From a virus (taxonomy: Duplodnaviria; Caudoviricetes), in IMG/VR virus record IMGVR_UViG_3300045747_000505: a DNA stretch of 64,000 nucleotides. One strand, 5' to 3'. The notes under the pieces were generated by a model. It saw only the letters and a program-made list of their open reading frames with translations. It had not been told where the DNA came from and did not search any database. A program made the translations under genes and the position numbers. Positions 22,991-34,398 of this stretch are shown in pieces (within the stretch, counting starts at the first letter, position 1; each line of letters starts with the position of its first letter).

Positions 22991-25518
22991 GCTTGCTCCT
23001 TAGCTTCCAGCATCGCGAGGCGTGCCTTCAGCTCGAGATTCTCTTGACGCAGCTCCTTGATCGCCTCGATCAGCAGACCAGCGAGGTTGCCGTAGTTGAC
23101 ACCCATCGTGCCGTTCTCTGGATCGATCGCGTCGCGAACCACAGCTTCTGGCAGCACCGCCTCGACCTCTTGAGCGATGACACCGGTTGAACGCTTGCCA
23201 CGCTCGAGGTCACCATTGTCAGTGCGCGTGTAGGTGACACCACGAATTCGGCAGACCTTGTCGAGAGCGTTCGGAATGACCTCGATGTTCGTCTTGATGC
23301 GCGCGTCAGAGAAGGCGGTGACATCGCCGTTCGAGTAGAGCGTACCGGCGGTGACCTGACCAGACACACCAACACCGCCAGTCACGACGAGCGTACCAGT
23401 GCCAGTTGTAGTTGACGCAGTGCCAGCCGTCATCGTCACCGCGCCTGAGGCAGCCAGCGTACCGATGCCAGCAACGTTGAGCGTTGCGGAGGCGCGGTTG
23501 ATGGCGACTGAGGTCGTGCCAAGGAAGAACGCCTGATCGCTCAGCGCCAGCGTACCAGTGGTTGCTGGCAGCGAGATGGTTGGCGTGCCTGCAACGGCGG
23601 TGGCTTGCAGCGTGGCTGTACCAGACGTGGCGCCAGGGAAGGCGACGCTTGAGATGCCAGTGAGCGCAAGGTTTGCCGTCGTGCGGTTGATCGCTACCGA
23701 GGTCGTGCCGATGAACATCGTTTGATTGTTCAGGGCGACCGTACCGGTGGTGGCAGGCAGCGTGATCGTCGTCGCGTCGGTACCAGCCAGCGTGATGCTG
23801 TTGTTGACCGTCAGCGTCTTGGTAGCGGCAACTGCCACTGCAGCGCTGTCAACAATCTCGTACCATGGCATCACCGTCGTGCCGAGGGTGGCGGTCGAGG
23901 AGATTGGGGCGTTGAAGATCTTGCCCGCGTTTGCTGTGCCTTCGTCCACCGACACCGTGGCGCCAGCGATCTCACCGATGGTGTCAGCGTCAAGAGCGCG
24001 CGTCCAGGCACCAGCGGCGACAACGTAGATGCCGTTGGTTGGTGTTGAGGCTTGATTCTTGACGAGCACACGGTCACCAGCCACGAGGACTACACCGTCA
24101 ACCGTTTGCGGAGCTGACAGGGTGATGGCGGCCGTAGTAGCAGCACGAACTGCCTTCTTGACCCAGGCGCCAGGCATGTTGTCAAGAGCGAGCGTCGTCC
24201 AAGCCGGCAGCGTGCCAGTTGAGACCAGCGCCTGACCTGCGGTGCCGACGGTCAACTTTGACAGGGCGGTGGTCGTAGAGGCGTAGAGCACGTCGCCAAC
24301 GGCGTAGACGGTTTGTCCAGTGCCGCCAGTCGTGGCGACCACGGTCCCAGTGACGTTCGACGCAGTGCCAGTGGTGTTCTGATTGAGCGTTGGGAAGTCA
24401 GCAGCAACAGCAATCGTCAGCGCACCAGTTGTCGTGGTGCTCTTGAGAATGCCAGTGACGAGCGCTGAGGTGCCGGCCGAGTAGTCGGTGCCAGCGACTG
24501 CAATGGTGTGCGCGCCAGTTGTCGTCGTGTTCTTCAGCAGACCGGTGGCGAGAGCCGTCGTTGGTTCAGCGTAGTCGGTGCGAACCGTGGCAATCGTGTG
24601 GGCGCCGGTTGTGACAGTGTTCTTCAACAGACCAGTGGCAAGACCCGTCGTTGGTTCTGCGTAGTCAGTACGAACCGTGGCAGCGCTGATCGCGGTGCCA
24701 TTGCCCTTCAGCAGACCAGTGATGGTCGTTGTCAGCGTGATGGCTGGTGTCGAAGTGGCGGTAGCGACGGTGCCAGCGAAGCCATTGGCAGAGACGACAG
24801 ACGCTGAAGTCACGGTACCAGCTGCTACTGTCGTCCATGTTGGTGGCGCATTGCCAGCCGACGTCAACACCTGGCCTGAGGTGCCGTAGCCAGTGCCGCT
24901 GGATCCGAACGAGACGCCACCAAGCGCCGTAACTCGAATTCTTTCTGTGGCGGCGGTGTAGAATACCAGAGGCAGCGACAGTGCGCCCTCCATAAAGGCA
25001 CCAGTAGCGTCAACCCCGAAATAGGCATTGCCCACCGTGTTTTGGGCATTGAAGAATGCATCTGCCGTGCTGTTGGAGTTCTCAACTCGAATGTCGACAG
25101 TGCCTTGTTGGCGGACGTGTACTCGGCTTAGAGCGGTGACACCTTGGCCTACAGTGATATTTCCAGCCTCAGTGATGCACATGCGTTCCGTCACGCTGGC
25201 ACCCAAAGTATTCGGGGTCGTAAAAAACTTCATGCGGGCTGGGGTCGTTGAAACGTCAATGCCTGCGATGGTCCAGTTAGAGGTTGGCGTTACCTCAATT
25301 GCCGCCCCAGGGTAAATGCTATAGCCGAATTGAATTTGTCCGATACCGCCAGCCGTCGTTGGTGCCGCAGCTGTCTGTAGCACGCACCCGCCACCAAGTG
25401 GGCCAATGTTGATGAGGTTAACACCAAGCGTGCTCTGATATCCTCCACCCATCGTAGCAATGATTTCGCCGCCTGAAGTGATGCCGTTTTTGACTTTGAA
25501 GTCGAGATTTGTAGCCAT
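22987..25518 (-). CDS. Tail fibre with a C-terminal intramolecular chaperone (Peptidase S74-like)
   Basis: Gly/Thr/Ala-rich; FSDARIKTNIEVIPNALDKVCRIRGVTY...GVIAQEVEAVLPEAV...VNYGNL plus a terminal coiled coil. Confidence 0.85.
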   Translation of the reverse strand: MATNLDFKVKNGITSGGEIIATMGGGYQSTLGVNLINIGPLGGGCVLQTAAAPTTAGGIGQIQFGYSIYPGAAIEVTPTSNWTIAGIDVSTTPARMKFFTTPNTLGASVTERMCITEAGNITVGQGVTALSRVHVRQQGTVDIRVENSNSTADAFFNAQNTVGNAYFGVDATGAFMEGALSLPLVFYTAATERIRVTALGGVSFGSSGTGYGTSGQVLTSAGNAPPTWTTVAAGTVTSASVVSANGFAGTVATATSTPAITLTTTITGLLKGNGTAISAATVRTDYAEPTTGLATGLLKNTVTTGAHTIATVRTDYAEPTTALATGLLKNTTTTGAHTIAVAGTDYSAGTSALVTGILKSTTTTGALTIAVAADFPTLNQNTTGTASNVTGTVVATTGGTGQTVYAVGDVLYASTTTALSKLTVGTAGQALVSTGTLPAWTTLALDNMPGAWVKKAVRAATTAAITLSAPQTVDGVVLVAGDRVLVKNQASTPTNGIYVVAAGAWTRALDADTIGEIAGATVSVDEGTANAGKIFNAPISSTATLGTTVMPWYEIVDSAAVAVAATKTLTVNNSITLAGTDATTITLPATTGTVALNNQTMFIGTTSVAINRTTANLALTGISSVAFPGATSGTATLQATAVAGTPTISLPATTGTLALSDQAFFLGTTSVAINRASATLNVAGIGTLAASGAVTMTAGTASTTTGTGTLVVTGGVGVSGQVTAGTLYSNGDVTAFSDARIKTNIEVIPNALDKVCRIRGVTYTRTDNGDLERGKRSTGVIAQEVEAVLPEAVVRDAIDPENGTMGVNYGNLAGLLIEAIKELRQENLELKARLAMLEAKEQA
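24390..24730 (-). repeat. About 3.5 tandem 90-nt (30-aa) repeats inside the fibre gene
   Basis: TGLLK(N/G)T.TTGAHTIA..(R/G)TDY.(E/A).T..L repeated at a 90-nt period. Confidence 0.8.
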
Positions 25519-25548
25519 TTGAGTTCCCTATCCCTCTAGTGGTGAATG

Positions 25549-28500
25549 TTAGACTGTCAGCGAGGTCGCATAGACCTTCACAGACTTCGTGGTAGCAGCT
25601 GTTGCAGTGAACTGCAGGTTGAGCGTGCCGGTCGTGATTGAAGCGTCGAACGTACCGAGCGCGCCGTTGGTGCTGACCTCAGCATACTCGGTCTTGAAGA
25701 CCGTTGTGCCGTTGTGAATGACCAGAATCTCGACGGCGTGGTACTGCGAGTTCGTCGTGTCAGTGACCTGAACGAGGAACTTGGCAGTGCGATACGCTGC
25801 GGCGGTGAATGAGGCAATGGTTGTCGCCGTCGTTGTCGTGACTGCTGTCGTCGCGGTGTCAAGCAGCGCAACTGAGTCGATGGTCACTGATGACGGCGTC
25901 AGCGCGCTGGTGCCGAGGGCACCAGCGACGTCGGCTGCGACAACTGGAGTGTTGCCAGCAACACGACCGTAGGCGTCAAGCACAATCTTCGAGAACGTCT
26001 TGCCAGTGGTGAGGACGTCTTGCGTTACTGTCGCCAAGTCGATGTTGTCAGCGTTGACAACGATGCGAGCAGTGGAGGCGGTGCCAACGGCAACACCGTT
26101 ACCGCTCACCACAAGACCAGCACCAGCTTGAAGCGCAGCGATGGTCATGAACTGAGTGAACGCCATGGCGTCGGTGCCAACCGTTGTGATGGCAGCAGTC
26201 TGCGTCCAGCAGGTGTCGGCGTTCGTTGTGCCTTCTTCAACCATCAGCGCTGCCGAGTTGACCTCGTCAAGTGGTGAGACGCTGTCGAAGTCGGTAGCGC
26301 GGACCCAAGCAGCGGCAGCAACAATGTAGACGCCGTTCTGCGAAGCGGTCGTTTGATTCTTGACCAGGACACGGTCACCTGCAATGACAGCGATGCCGTC
26401 AATCGTTTGCGGTGCGCTCAGCGTGATGTTGGCGGTTGTCGCAGCACGAGCCGGAGCCTTCCACGACAGACCGAGAATGGCGTTGTCGACGTAGCCCTTG
26501 GTTGCCAGGTGCGTGGTGAGCGTTGGTGTAGCGCCGATGACGTTGCCAGTGAAGGTCGCAAGACCGGTGCTGTCGATGCGCAGGCGCTCAGTTGGCTCCG
26601 CCGCACCAGCCGCCGTTGTGCTGAACACAAGGCGACCAGGCATGATGTTGGCGCCAACGGTACCTTCGCAGACGCCAACGATTTCAGCGGCCTTCGTGCG
26701 AATGTCTGTGCCGTCGGCACCAGAGAAGGCGATGCCGCCGAGCGTCATACCGGTCGTCACGAGCGTGACAGCACCGTCTGAAGCGCCGTTGGTGCGGGCG
26801 AGATTGATCGACGCGCCGAGCGTTGCAGACACGTTGTCATTGCGGACGATCGTGATGCCTGAGTACTGATTGGCCGTTGAGGTCTCGATGTTCAGCGCGT
26901 TGATCGAACCAGCGGTGCTGCCACCAGCGACCTCGATTGCGCGTGGAGCCAGATCGCTGGCACTGCCGAGCATCACAAGGCCGACGCCGGTGATGCGCAT
27001 CTTCTCAGAAGCAGCCGCTGCGGAGGTCGTCGAGAACGCCATATCGCCAGTAGCATTGCCAGTCGTGACAGCGCCAGTAGCGACGACGTTGATGCCACCC
27101 AGCGTGACGCCTGCGCCGCCGTTGGTTGCCGTTGCGAAGTTCAACGAGACGCCAGTACCAACGAGATTGCCAAGGTTCTGCAACACTGCGAGAGTTGCAG
27201 ATGCGCCATTGCTTGTCGTCGAGACAAGCAGCTTTTCGCTGCCCGTTGGAGCTGTTGCTGATGGGCTGATGACGAGCGAACCGCCAGAGGTGAAGACACC
27301 AAGGTTGTTCGTACCGTTGCGGAACACCATCAAGTTGGTGAACGTTGCCGACGTTGAACCGCCGAGCTGAATGTTCGGACCATCGTTGATACCATTGCCA
27401 CCAGAGATTGACAGATAACCAGCGGTCGAGTTGCGAGCGATGGTCGTGTTGCCAGAGCGCGTGAGCGTGATGTGCCCACCGAATGTTGTGTCTTGTGCGA
27501 CGGTCATAGCGCCAGCACCGTCGATGCGCAGGCGTTCAGTGTTGTTCGTCAGCAGCACGAGCGGTGCGTTGCGAATGACATTCAGAAACACGCCACTTGG
27601 GTCTGGCGAGTGCGTGCTGCTGTGATGGTACAGCACTGCGCCTTGAGTGACGGCAGTGCCATCGTACGACATCAGCTCCATACCGCTGAGGACGTCGGTG
27701 CCAACGGTGGCAGTTGATGTTGCGCGGTAGATAGCGCGAGTGCTGCTGAACAGCTCGATTGGACGAGCCAGTGTGCTGCTGCCACCGCCGACGCCGAAGA
27801 GACCAGCGCTGTCAATGCGAGCCCGCTCACTACCATTCGTGTAGAATGTCAGTGCATTGGCGCCAGACACGAACAACGCAGCTGTACCGGCAAGGGTATT
27901 GCCAGTACCACGCATCACGAGACCGGCGGTGTCAGTACCATTCGATGCCACGAGACGAGCGTCGGCGCTGGTGCCAGTGTGTGCATTCGTGATTTGAATA
28001 GCTGAGAGAGCATTGCCGGACTTGGTGACATCGAGGGCCTGCGCTGGCGTCATACCGATACCGATGAGACCAGCACCATCAATGCGCATGCGCTCGACAG
28101 CTGCGGTCGAGAATCGCATCGGCATTGCAGCCTGCGAAGAAATCAGGTGCAGACCGGTTGACGTTGCGCTTGCGCGAATAAAGGCTTCGCTTGCATCACC
28201 ATAGCTTGAACCGCCAGCGTACGTCGAGCTGTTCGAGCCAATGTGCAAGCTGCTTACGTCAGAGGTGACTGCAACCAACGATTGCGCTGTCGTGCCAGCA
28301 TTCGAGTTCGCGAAGGCAGCAAGCGAAGTGAGCGCATTAGCACTGTCGGCAACCGTGAACTTTGCGGCAATGACAGGTCCAGTCGCGCCAATCATCACTT
28401 GACCGGTGCTGTTGATGCGCATCTTTTCGCTAGTGCCAATCTGGAATCGAATACCAGTTGAAGCGCTATCGGCGTTGAGAACGAGACCGCCCGACAGGCC

Positions 28501-31500
28501 AGATGCCGTGTTGATGATACCAGAGTCAGCCCAACCAGCGATTGCGGTATAGCCAGCGCTGACTGCTAGCATGCCAATCGAGTCAGCGACCGTGGCACCG
28601 CTGCGAGCGTAGATGCCAGCACGAGCAGCGGTGCCGCTGGTGATGTTGGTAGCGTAGAGATCCGTTGAAGCGTTCTGATCGACACGAATGTCGAGTGGAC
28701 CCGTCATCGTGTCACCTGCCTTGGCAACGTAGGTGCCGCCGATGACTGATGAGTGGTTCAGGTCCGTGAGGACCTTCTGCCAAGCAGACCAAGTTTCAAC
28801 ATTCGGCGTGCCAGAGGTCCAGGTTGTGATCTTGCGGAAGTAGAGGTCTGTATTGGCTGAAGCGCTAGAAGAGTAGATTTGAAATGTGCCAAGATCTGAG
28901 CTAGATCCCGACGATGAGCGACGGGCTTCGATCGCGAGGCCGGCAGTAGACTGGAAGTTTGTCGAGCCGGTCGTGTTGGTCAACAACAGCAGACCAGGAT
29001 TACGCTCAGTGTTCGCGTCAGCCACCGCGAAGGCGTTGATCGAGCCAGTGAGCGATGTGCCCGTGATGGTGCCACCGGCATTGATAGTGCCGACGGTCGT
29101 GACGTTGCCAGAAGCAGCCAGCACCTTGAAGGTGTTGGTAGTGGTGCCTGGGCTGTAGATGTAGAAGCCAGAGTTCAACGAGGTGCCAGTCGAACCACGG
29201 AACATGCGAATGATGGACTCGTCGGCAGATGTGGCTGGGAATGCGTCAAGGTCAATGAACGCCTGCGTGCCGTTCTGATAGCCCTCGATCGAGGCGCCAC
29301 CAGTTGATGACGCTGGGCCGAAGACACCGTAGCCACCGGCAGTGATCGACGTGGTGCGAATGTTGCCAACGACTTCGAGCTGGTCAGCTGGCGTTGCTGA
29401 GCCAGTGTTGATGCCAACGGTACCAGCAGCGCTGATGCGCATGCGTTCAACCGCAGCAGTGCCAGAGGTGACGCTCGTGTTCGTTGCGAAGGTGATGAAG
29501 CCGTCGTTGGCATTGTTACCACGATAGAACGCAATCTCAGACGAGGTGCCAGTCGGATCGTAGTTGAAGCGATTCATCGTGATCGCGCCAATCTTCGAAG
29601 CCGCGCTGCTGTGATCACCCTTGAATACAAAGGATGCTGGAATACCGAGAACCTGCTGAAGGATTGTTTGCGCACCCTCGACGCGCAGCTTCTCAGTGCC
29701 GTTGATCTGCAGCGAGATTGGCGTCGTGGCCGCACCCGTCAGAATCTCAAGGCTGTTCTGACGGCTAGTTGGACCAGTCGCGAACGTGGAGCCGATGTAC
29801 TGAATCTGGCCGTATGAAGTGTCAGTGTCATTGTTGACACGAATGGTCGAGTTCGATGCTGTGCCAGCGGTGATTGCCTGAATGCGCACGTTGGCGATGG
29901 CTGTGCCACCAACGCCAAGATTGCCAGCGCTGTCGATGCGAGCGCGTTCGGTACCGCCAGTGCTGAGCGCCAGCGTGTTGACCGTGCTGGCATTCGAGAT
30001 GCCGAAGGTAGCTGGGACGACTGAGCCACTTGGGACGGTGCCAGCGTCGAGCGTCAGCGTGGCGACGCCGGAGTGATTGGCTTCGACCTTGACGTAGTAT
30101 GTAACAGAGTTTGCAGAGTGACCGAAGCGCAGGTACGGCGTACCAGTGGTGTTGTCGTAGTACCAGATCGCCGTGAAGGTACCGATTCCGCTGGTGTTTG
30201 AGTTGTCGATGACGCGGTCGACTGTGAAGTAGGCATTCGCACCGGTGGCGTCACCAGAGCGTGACACGTGATACTCGATGGCAACGTGATTGACACCAGA
30301 CACGTCGTTGACGTTGCGACCCATCACCACACGAACGACGGCGTTGTAGTTGATGCCAGCGACTGGAGCTGGGAGCGTCAGCAGCGCGCGCTTGCCAGCG
30401 ACGGCATCAGCGTTGACCAGCGCTTGAGAGAACGTCTGCTCTGTCCAAAGACCCATCGTGATGGCGCCGGTGCTGCTGATGCGCATGCGCTCAACTGGGG
30501 CGATGGTGCCGTCAGCAGAGGTTGCGAACACCAGGCGACCTGGCATGTCAGCGACACCAGGAGTGCCGTCAACGAAGGCGGTAATGCTTGCAGCTTCGCC
30601 GATGTTCGTGACGCCATCGGCACCAGCAAACTTGATGGAGCCAAGAGCGTCATCGGCTTGCACGATGGTAACTGCACCAGCGGTCGTGCCACGTGACTTG
30701 CCAAGCGACAGCACAGGCTGATTGGCGTCAGCGGTGTTACGCATGAGCGACAGACCTACGTTCGAACCACCCTCGATCTGAACGAGACGAGTGCCACCAG
30801 CTACAGACTGCGCAGTCGTGGTGCCAATCAGCAGCTGACCAGCGTTGGCGATGCGCATCTTCTCGGTGGCGCCCGTCTGGAAAGTCAGATTGCCGGAATT
30901 GGTGGTGAAGAGCGTCGTGTTGTTGACGTTCGTGTGGCCGGTGCCATAGAGAATGAGACCGGCTGTGTCAGCGCTGTTCTTCAGCTCAAGACGCGCGTCG
31001 GCGCCAGCTGCAGTGCTGGCGTTGAGCAGCGAAATCTTCGAGGAGGCACCCTGCGTCTTGGTGATGTCAAGCGCGTTGACTGCGGTCATTCCGATACCGA
31101 GACCAGTGGTCGACAACATGGCCATCGTAGTGCCGTTGTTGGCGAACTGCATTGACGAGATCGTGGCGTCGACGCTGCCAACGTACATCACGTCAGAGGC
31201 GTTGATGCCAACCATTCGGGTGCTGGTGCCAGCAGCGATCTTCGAACGCAGATAGACGGCGTTGTCGAGAATCAGGTCGCCAGACATCGTGTCGCCGGTG
31301 ACGTTGACGTAGGTGCTGTCAAGTGCGGTGCCGAGAGCGGTAGTGATGTCGGCGGCCGTGACAGCCGAGGTGGCGGTGACGCGACCCCAGTTGTCGGTTG
31401 TGATGCGCTTGAATGAGTCGCTGACGGCGGTGCCGACGGTAGCGAGGTCGATGTCATCAACGTTGACGACGATGCGACCGACGTTGGCGGTGTTGACACG

Positions 31501-34332
31501 GAAGTCGTTGCCAACGAGCGTCATGCCCGTGCCAGCGGTGTATGAGCCAGCGCCAGAGAATTGAACGAAGCCCATTGCGTCCGTGCCGACGGTGGTGATG
31601 GCGTTGATCTGTGTCCAGCCAGTGTCAGCGAGCGTCGAACCAAACGAGACGAACACGGCGGCGGAGTTGACCTCGTCGATTGGTGAGGTTTCATCGAAGT
31701 CAGTGGCGCGTGACCAGAGACCAGTGCTGTTGACGACGTAGACGCCATTCTCGGTTGCGGTGGTCTGGCTCTTGACGAGGACGCGGTCATTGTTGACAAC
31801 GGCAACACCGTCGATGGTCATCGTGCCAGTGAGCGAGATGTTGCCCGTCGTGGCAACGCGAGCTGGGTGCTTCCAAGTCAGACCTGCAAGCGCGTTGTCA
31901 ACGTAGCCCTTGGTTGTGAAGTGAGACGCGGTGGTAGGCGTCACGCCAGTGACCGCGTTGTTGAACGCCCAAGTGCCAGTGATCGTCTCGTTGGCGCTGA
32001 TGCGCGGGTAGACGGAGCCGTCGGTGATCTGCGTTTCAGCGATGGAGATGGTTGTGTTGGTCACGCCAGTGACGCGACCCGTGAGGTCAGTCGTGAGGAC
32101 CGGAACAGACGATGCGGAGCCGTAGGTGCCGGCGGCGCCTACGTTGGTGAGGCTCGCCGTGAGCGTGTTGCCGGCGTCGTCATAGGTGACGGTCACGCCG
32201 TTGGAGCCGCTGAGGAAGGCGCCAACCGTGTCTTGAGTTGCCTCAGTGAAGTCAGTGATGACGGAGGCTGGGAATGAGATGCTGACCTCTTGAGCGGCGG
32301 TGATGCGACCCTTGCCGTCGACGGTGAACTGACCGACCTTGGTGGCGGTGCCGAAGGTGCCGACGTTCGTGTTGACGGTTGGCAGCGTGGCGGTGATTGC
32401 GGTGGTGCCAGAGCCAGAGACGTCGCCAGAGATGGTGATGGTCTCGTTGGTGGTGAGAAAGGTCGAGGTGTCGAGCGTCCAGGTATCCGCCGCAGTCTTC
32501 TTGAGCAGACCGCTTGTGCCAGCCAGAGCGGCGATGGCTGTCAAGTCAGCGTCAAGTGGCTGAGCGTCGGTGATGCCCCAGCCAGCGAGCGTGGTTGCAC
32601 GACGATCTGACAGGACCTGAACTGCGACGGTGCCGGCCGTGTTCATGACGAAGTGCAGCACCTCGTCGACGCTCATCTGATAGTTGGCACCACCGAGCAG
32701 GCGAATGCTCGAGTTATGCGAAAGCGTGGTTTGGCCGTTCGAGCTGCGAACGTAGAATTCCTGGTTCGAGATGCCATTGGCGAAGCTGGTCACCGTGGTT
32801 GCAGATGCGTTGCCGAATGTCAACAGACGCACGCCCTTGATGCTTGGCGTTGCGGTGAGCGATGACTCGCTGTTGCCGGTGGAAGCGAGGGCTAGATTGG
32901 CAATCTGAATGAACTGGCCGGTGGCATCCAAGCGCAGGCGCTTGGTGGCATCTTCGGTCTCGATGTACAGGTCGTCGGTGTTGCCGTTGGTGAAGATGCT
33001 CCAAACCGAGGCGTCGGTGTTGTCAAGGAAGCGAACCTTCTTGCCATTCCAAAGAGCGATATCTTGTGAGAACTGAGCGCGAACGTTGGGCAGACCGAAC
33101 TTCGGCATGTCATCGCGGTCACCAACCATCACGACACCGCGGAAGTGACTTGACACAGCCTGATAGTCGCGAATGAATGTCCAATCAACACCACCGTCAT
33201 TGACCGTGCCAGTAGCGTGTGATGGCAGCGTGGCGCCAGTGGTGCCGGTGGAGGCAGCTTGATAGAGGTGGAAAGAGCCAAGGCAATAATCACCGGTGGT
33301 GATTGACATGCCAGTGCGCCAGCCGCCCTTCATTGGAGTGCGCCAAGCCGAGTCGCTGTAGTCGAAATAGTGGAGGTGCAGTGGGGTGGCGCTTCCAGCG
33401 GCACCGTCAGAGAAGCCGAACTGCATTGTTGGGAAGACGCCAAACTGGTTGGTGACACCCTTCATGCCGATGACGCCGATACCATTCGTGCCAGTTGTGG
33501 TGGCTGCGTCAGCAGCGTCGTAGGTCTTCGTGAAGAAGTTGAGAATGCGATAGCCGAGGGCGCCGTCAGCGTCATACGGGTCAAGCATCAGGTCGAGCTT
33601 TGAGGCGGTGCCGGTCACGTAGCCGTTTGGCTCGATGTGGACGCGGGTGGCTTGCGTGGCACGCGCATCGCGCACGAGCAGGTGACCACCACCGGCTTGA
33701 GTTGACTTGCCAATGCCGACGTTGGATGAGATGAGACGATTGCCAGCAACGTCGAGCACCGTGATGGCATTCGGGATTGTCACGGCTGAAAGGTCGAGCG
33801 AGCTGCCCTTCGGATTGACGATGCCACCAGCGCTGCTCAGCGAGGTCATGGCGGCTGTCCAAGCCGTGGCAGCGGAGCCTGAGGAGGTCAGCGTCCCGAA
33901 AGTCTTGAGATTGACCAAGCCGAGAATGTCCTCGACTGCGGTGGTGAAGTCATTGACCTGAGTCGACGCGATGTCGATGGTGGTGTTTGTGGCGGTGGTG
34001 ACACGGCCCTTGGTGTCAGTGCTGAACACTGGAACCGCAGAAGCCGAACCGTACGAGCCGCTGGTACCAACCGCTGCCAGCGTCAGGTCGTCTGTACCGC
34101 CGTTGATCGTGCCAGTCACGTCGCCAGTGATGGTGTACGTCGCCGTACCGCCACCGCTGCCAGACACGCTGATCCAGCTTTCGCCGTTGTAGACATAGAG
34201 GGCTTCGTTCGCACCATCGGTGCGGTAGAACAGCTCGCCTTCAGATGGAAGGTCTGGAAAGGCAGTGCCTGACGCGACGGTCATGTTGCTGATTGTGGAG
34301 CCTTCTTGAAGCTGAATGCCGAATGTTTTCAT
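25549..34332 (-). CDS. Giant (2927 aa) tail fibre / virion structural protein
   Basis: About 11 E(R/K)(M/L/A)RI...G fibre repeats and two RAATT.NI.L...TIDG...DRVLVK.Q modules; late motif upstream. Confidence 0.85.
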   Translation of the reverse strand: MKTFGIQLQEGSTISNMTVASGTAFPDLPSEGELFYRTDGANEALYVYNGESWISVSGSGGGTATYTITGDVTGTINGGTDDLTLAAVGTSGSYGSASAVPVFSTDTKGRVTTATNTTIDIASTQVNDFTTAVEDILGLVNLKTFGTLTSSGSAATAWTAAMTSLSSAGGIVNPKGSSLDLSAVTIPNAITVLDVAGNRLISSNVGIGKSTQAGGGHLLVRDARATQATRVHIEPNGYVTGTASKLDLMLDPYDADGALGYRILNFFTKTYDAADAATTTGTNGIGVIGMKGVTNQFGVFPTMQFGFSDGAAGSATPLHLHYFDYSDSAWRTPMKGGWRTGMSITTGDYCLGSFHLYQAASTGTTGATLPSHATGTVNDGGVDWTFIRDYQAVSSHFRGVVMVGDRDDMPKFGLPNVRAQFSQDIALWNGKKVRFLDNTDASVWSIFTNGNTDDLYIETEDATKRLRLDATGQFIQIANLALASTGNSESSLTATPSIKGVRLLTFGNASATTVTSFANGISNQEFYVRSSNGQTTLSHNSSIRLLGGANYQMSVDEVLHFVMNTAGTVAVQVLSDRRATTLAGWGITDAQPLDADLTAIAALAGTSGLLKKTAADTWTLDTSTFLTTNETITISGDVSGSGTTAITATLPTVNTNVGTFGTATKVGQFTVDGKGRITAAQEVSISFPASVITDFTEATQDTVGAFLSGSNGVTVTYDDAGNTLTASLTNVGAAGTYGSASSVPVLTTDLTGRVTGVTNTTISIAETQITDGSVYPRISANETITGTWAFNNAVTGVTPTTASHFTTKGYVDNALAGLTWKHPARVATTGNISLTGTMTIDGVAVVNNDRVLVKSQTTATENGVYVVNSTGLWSRATDFDETSPIDEVNSAAVFVSFGSTLADTGWTQINAITTVGTDAMGFVQFSGAGSYTAGTGMTLVGNDFRVNTANVGRIVVNVDDIDLATVGTAVSDSFKRITTDNWGRVTATSAVTAADITTALGTALDSTYVNVTGDTMSGDLILDNAVYLRSKIAAGTSTRMVGINASDVMYVGSVDATISSMQFANNGTTMAMLSTTGLGIGMTAVNALDITKTQGASSKISLLNASTAAGADARLELKNSADTAGLILYGTGHTNVNNTTLFTTNSGNLTFQTGATEKMRIANAGQLLIGTTTAQSVAGGTRLVQIEGGSNVGLSLMRNTADANQPVLSLGKSRGTTAGAVTIVQADDALGSIKFAGADGVTNIGEAASITAFVDGTPGVADMPGRLVFATSADGTIAPVERMRISSTGAITMGLWTEQTFSQALVNADAVAGKRALLTLPAPVAGINYNAVVRVVMGRNVNDVSGVNHVAIEYHVSRSGDATGANAYFTVDRVIDNSNTSGIGTFTAIWYYDNTTGTPYLRFGHSANSVTYYVKVEANHSGVATLTLDAGTVPSGSVVPATFGISNASTVNTLALSTGGTERARIDSAGNLGVGGTAIANVRIQAITAGTASNSTIRVNNDTDTSYGQIQYIGSTFATGPTSRQNSLEILTGAATTPISLQINGTEKLRVEGAQTILQQVLGIPASFVFKGDHSSAASKIGAITMNRFNYDPTGTSSEIAFYRGNNANDGFITFATNTSVTSGTAAVERMRISAAGTVGINTGSATPADQLEVVGNIRTTSITAGGYGVFGPASSTGGASIEGYQNGTQAFIDLDAFPATSADESIIRMFRGSTGTSLNSGFYIYSPGTTTNTFKVLAASGNVTTVGTINAGGTITGTSLTGSINAFAVADANTERNPGLLLLTNTTGSTNFQSTAGLAIEARRSSSGSSSDLGTFQIYSSSASANTDLYFRKITTWTSGTPNVETWSAWQKVLTDLNHSSVIGGTYVAKAGDTMTGPLDIRVDQNASTDLYATNITSGTAARAGIYARSGATVADSIGMLAVSAGYTAIAGWADSGIINTASGLSGGLVLNADSASTGIRFQIGTSEKMRINSTGQVMIGATGPVIAAKFTVADSANALTSLAAFANSNAGTTAQSLVAVTSDVSSLHIGSNSSTYAGGSSYGDASEAFIRASATSTGLHLISSQAAMPMRFSTAAVERMRIDGAGLIGIGMTPAQALDVTKSGNALSAIQITNAHTGTSADARLVASNGTDTAGLVMRGTGNTLAGTAALFVSGANALTFYTNGSERARIDSAGLFGVGGGSSTLARPIELFSSTRAIYRATSTATVGTDVLSGMELMSYDGTAVTQGAVLYHHSSTHSPDPSGVFLNVIRNAPLVLLTNNTERLRIDGAGAMTVAQDTTFGGHITLTRSGNTTIARNSTAGYLSISGGNGINDGPNIQLGGSTSATFTNLMVFRNGTNNLGVFTSGGSLVISPSATAPTGSEKLLVSTTSNGASATLAVLQNLGNLVGTGVSLNFATATNGGAGVTLGGINVVATGAVTTGNATGDMAFSTTSAAAASEKMRITGVGLVMLGSASDLAPRAIEVAGGSTAGSINALNIETSTANQYSGITIVRNDNVSATLGASINLARTNGASDGAVTLVTTGMTLGGIAFSGADGTDIRTKAAEIVGVCEGTVGANIMPGRLVFSTTAAGAAEPTERLRIDSTGLATFTGNVIGATPTLTTHLATKGYVDNAILGLSWKAPARAATTANITLSAPQTIDGIAVIAGDRVLVKNQTTASQNGVYIVAAAAWVRATDFDSVSPLDEVNSAALMVEEGTTNADTCWTQTAAITTVGTDAMAFTQFMTIAALQAGAGLVVSGNGVAVGTASTARIVVNADNIDLATVTQDVLTTGKTFSKIVLDAYGRVAGNTPVVAADVAGALGTSALTPSSVTIDSVALLDTATTAVTTTTATTIASFTAAAYRTAKFLVQVTDTTNSQYHAVEILVIHNGTTVFKTEYAEVSTNGALGTFDASITTGTLNLQFTATAATTKSVKVYATSLTV

Positions 34333-34358
34333 TGTGTTCGCCTATCGATGAGGATGGT

Positions 34359-34398
34359 CTATTTATTGGATTCTGATTCTGGGGACAGGCATAAATAG
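34359..34398. promoter_or_regulatory. Divergent pair of TAAATAG late motifs
   Basis: CTATTTA at 34359-34365 (minus, giant fibre) and TAAATAG at 34392-34398 (plus, 34424 operon). Confidence 0.75.
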
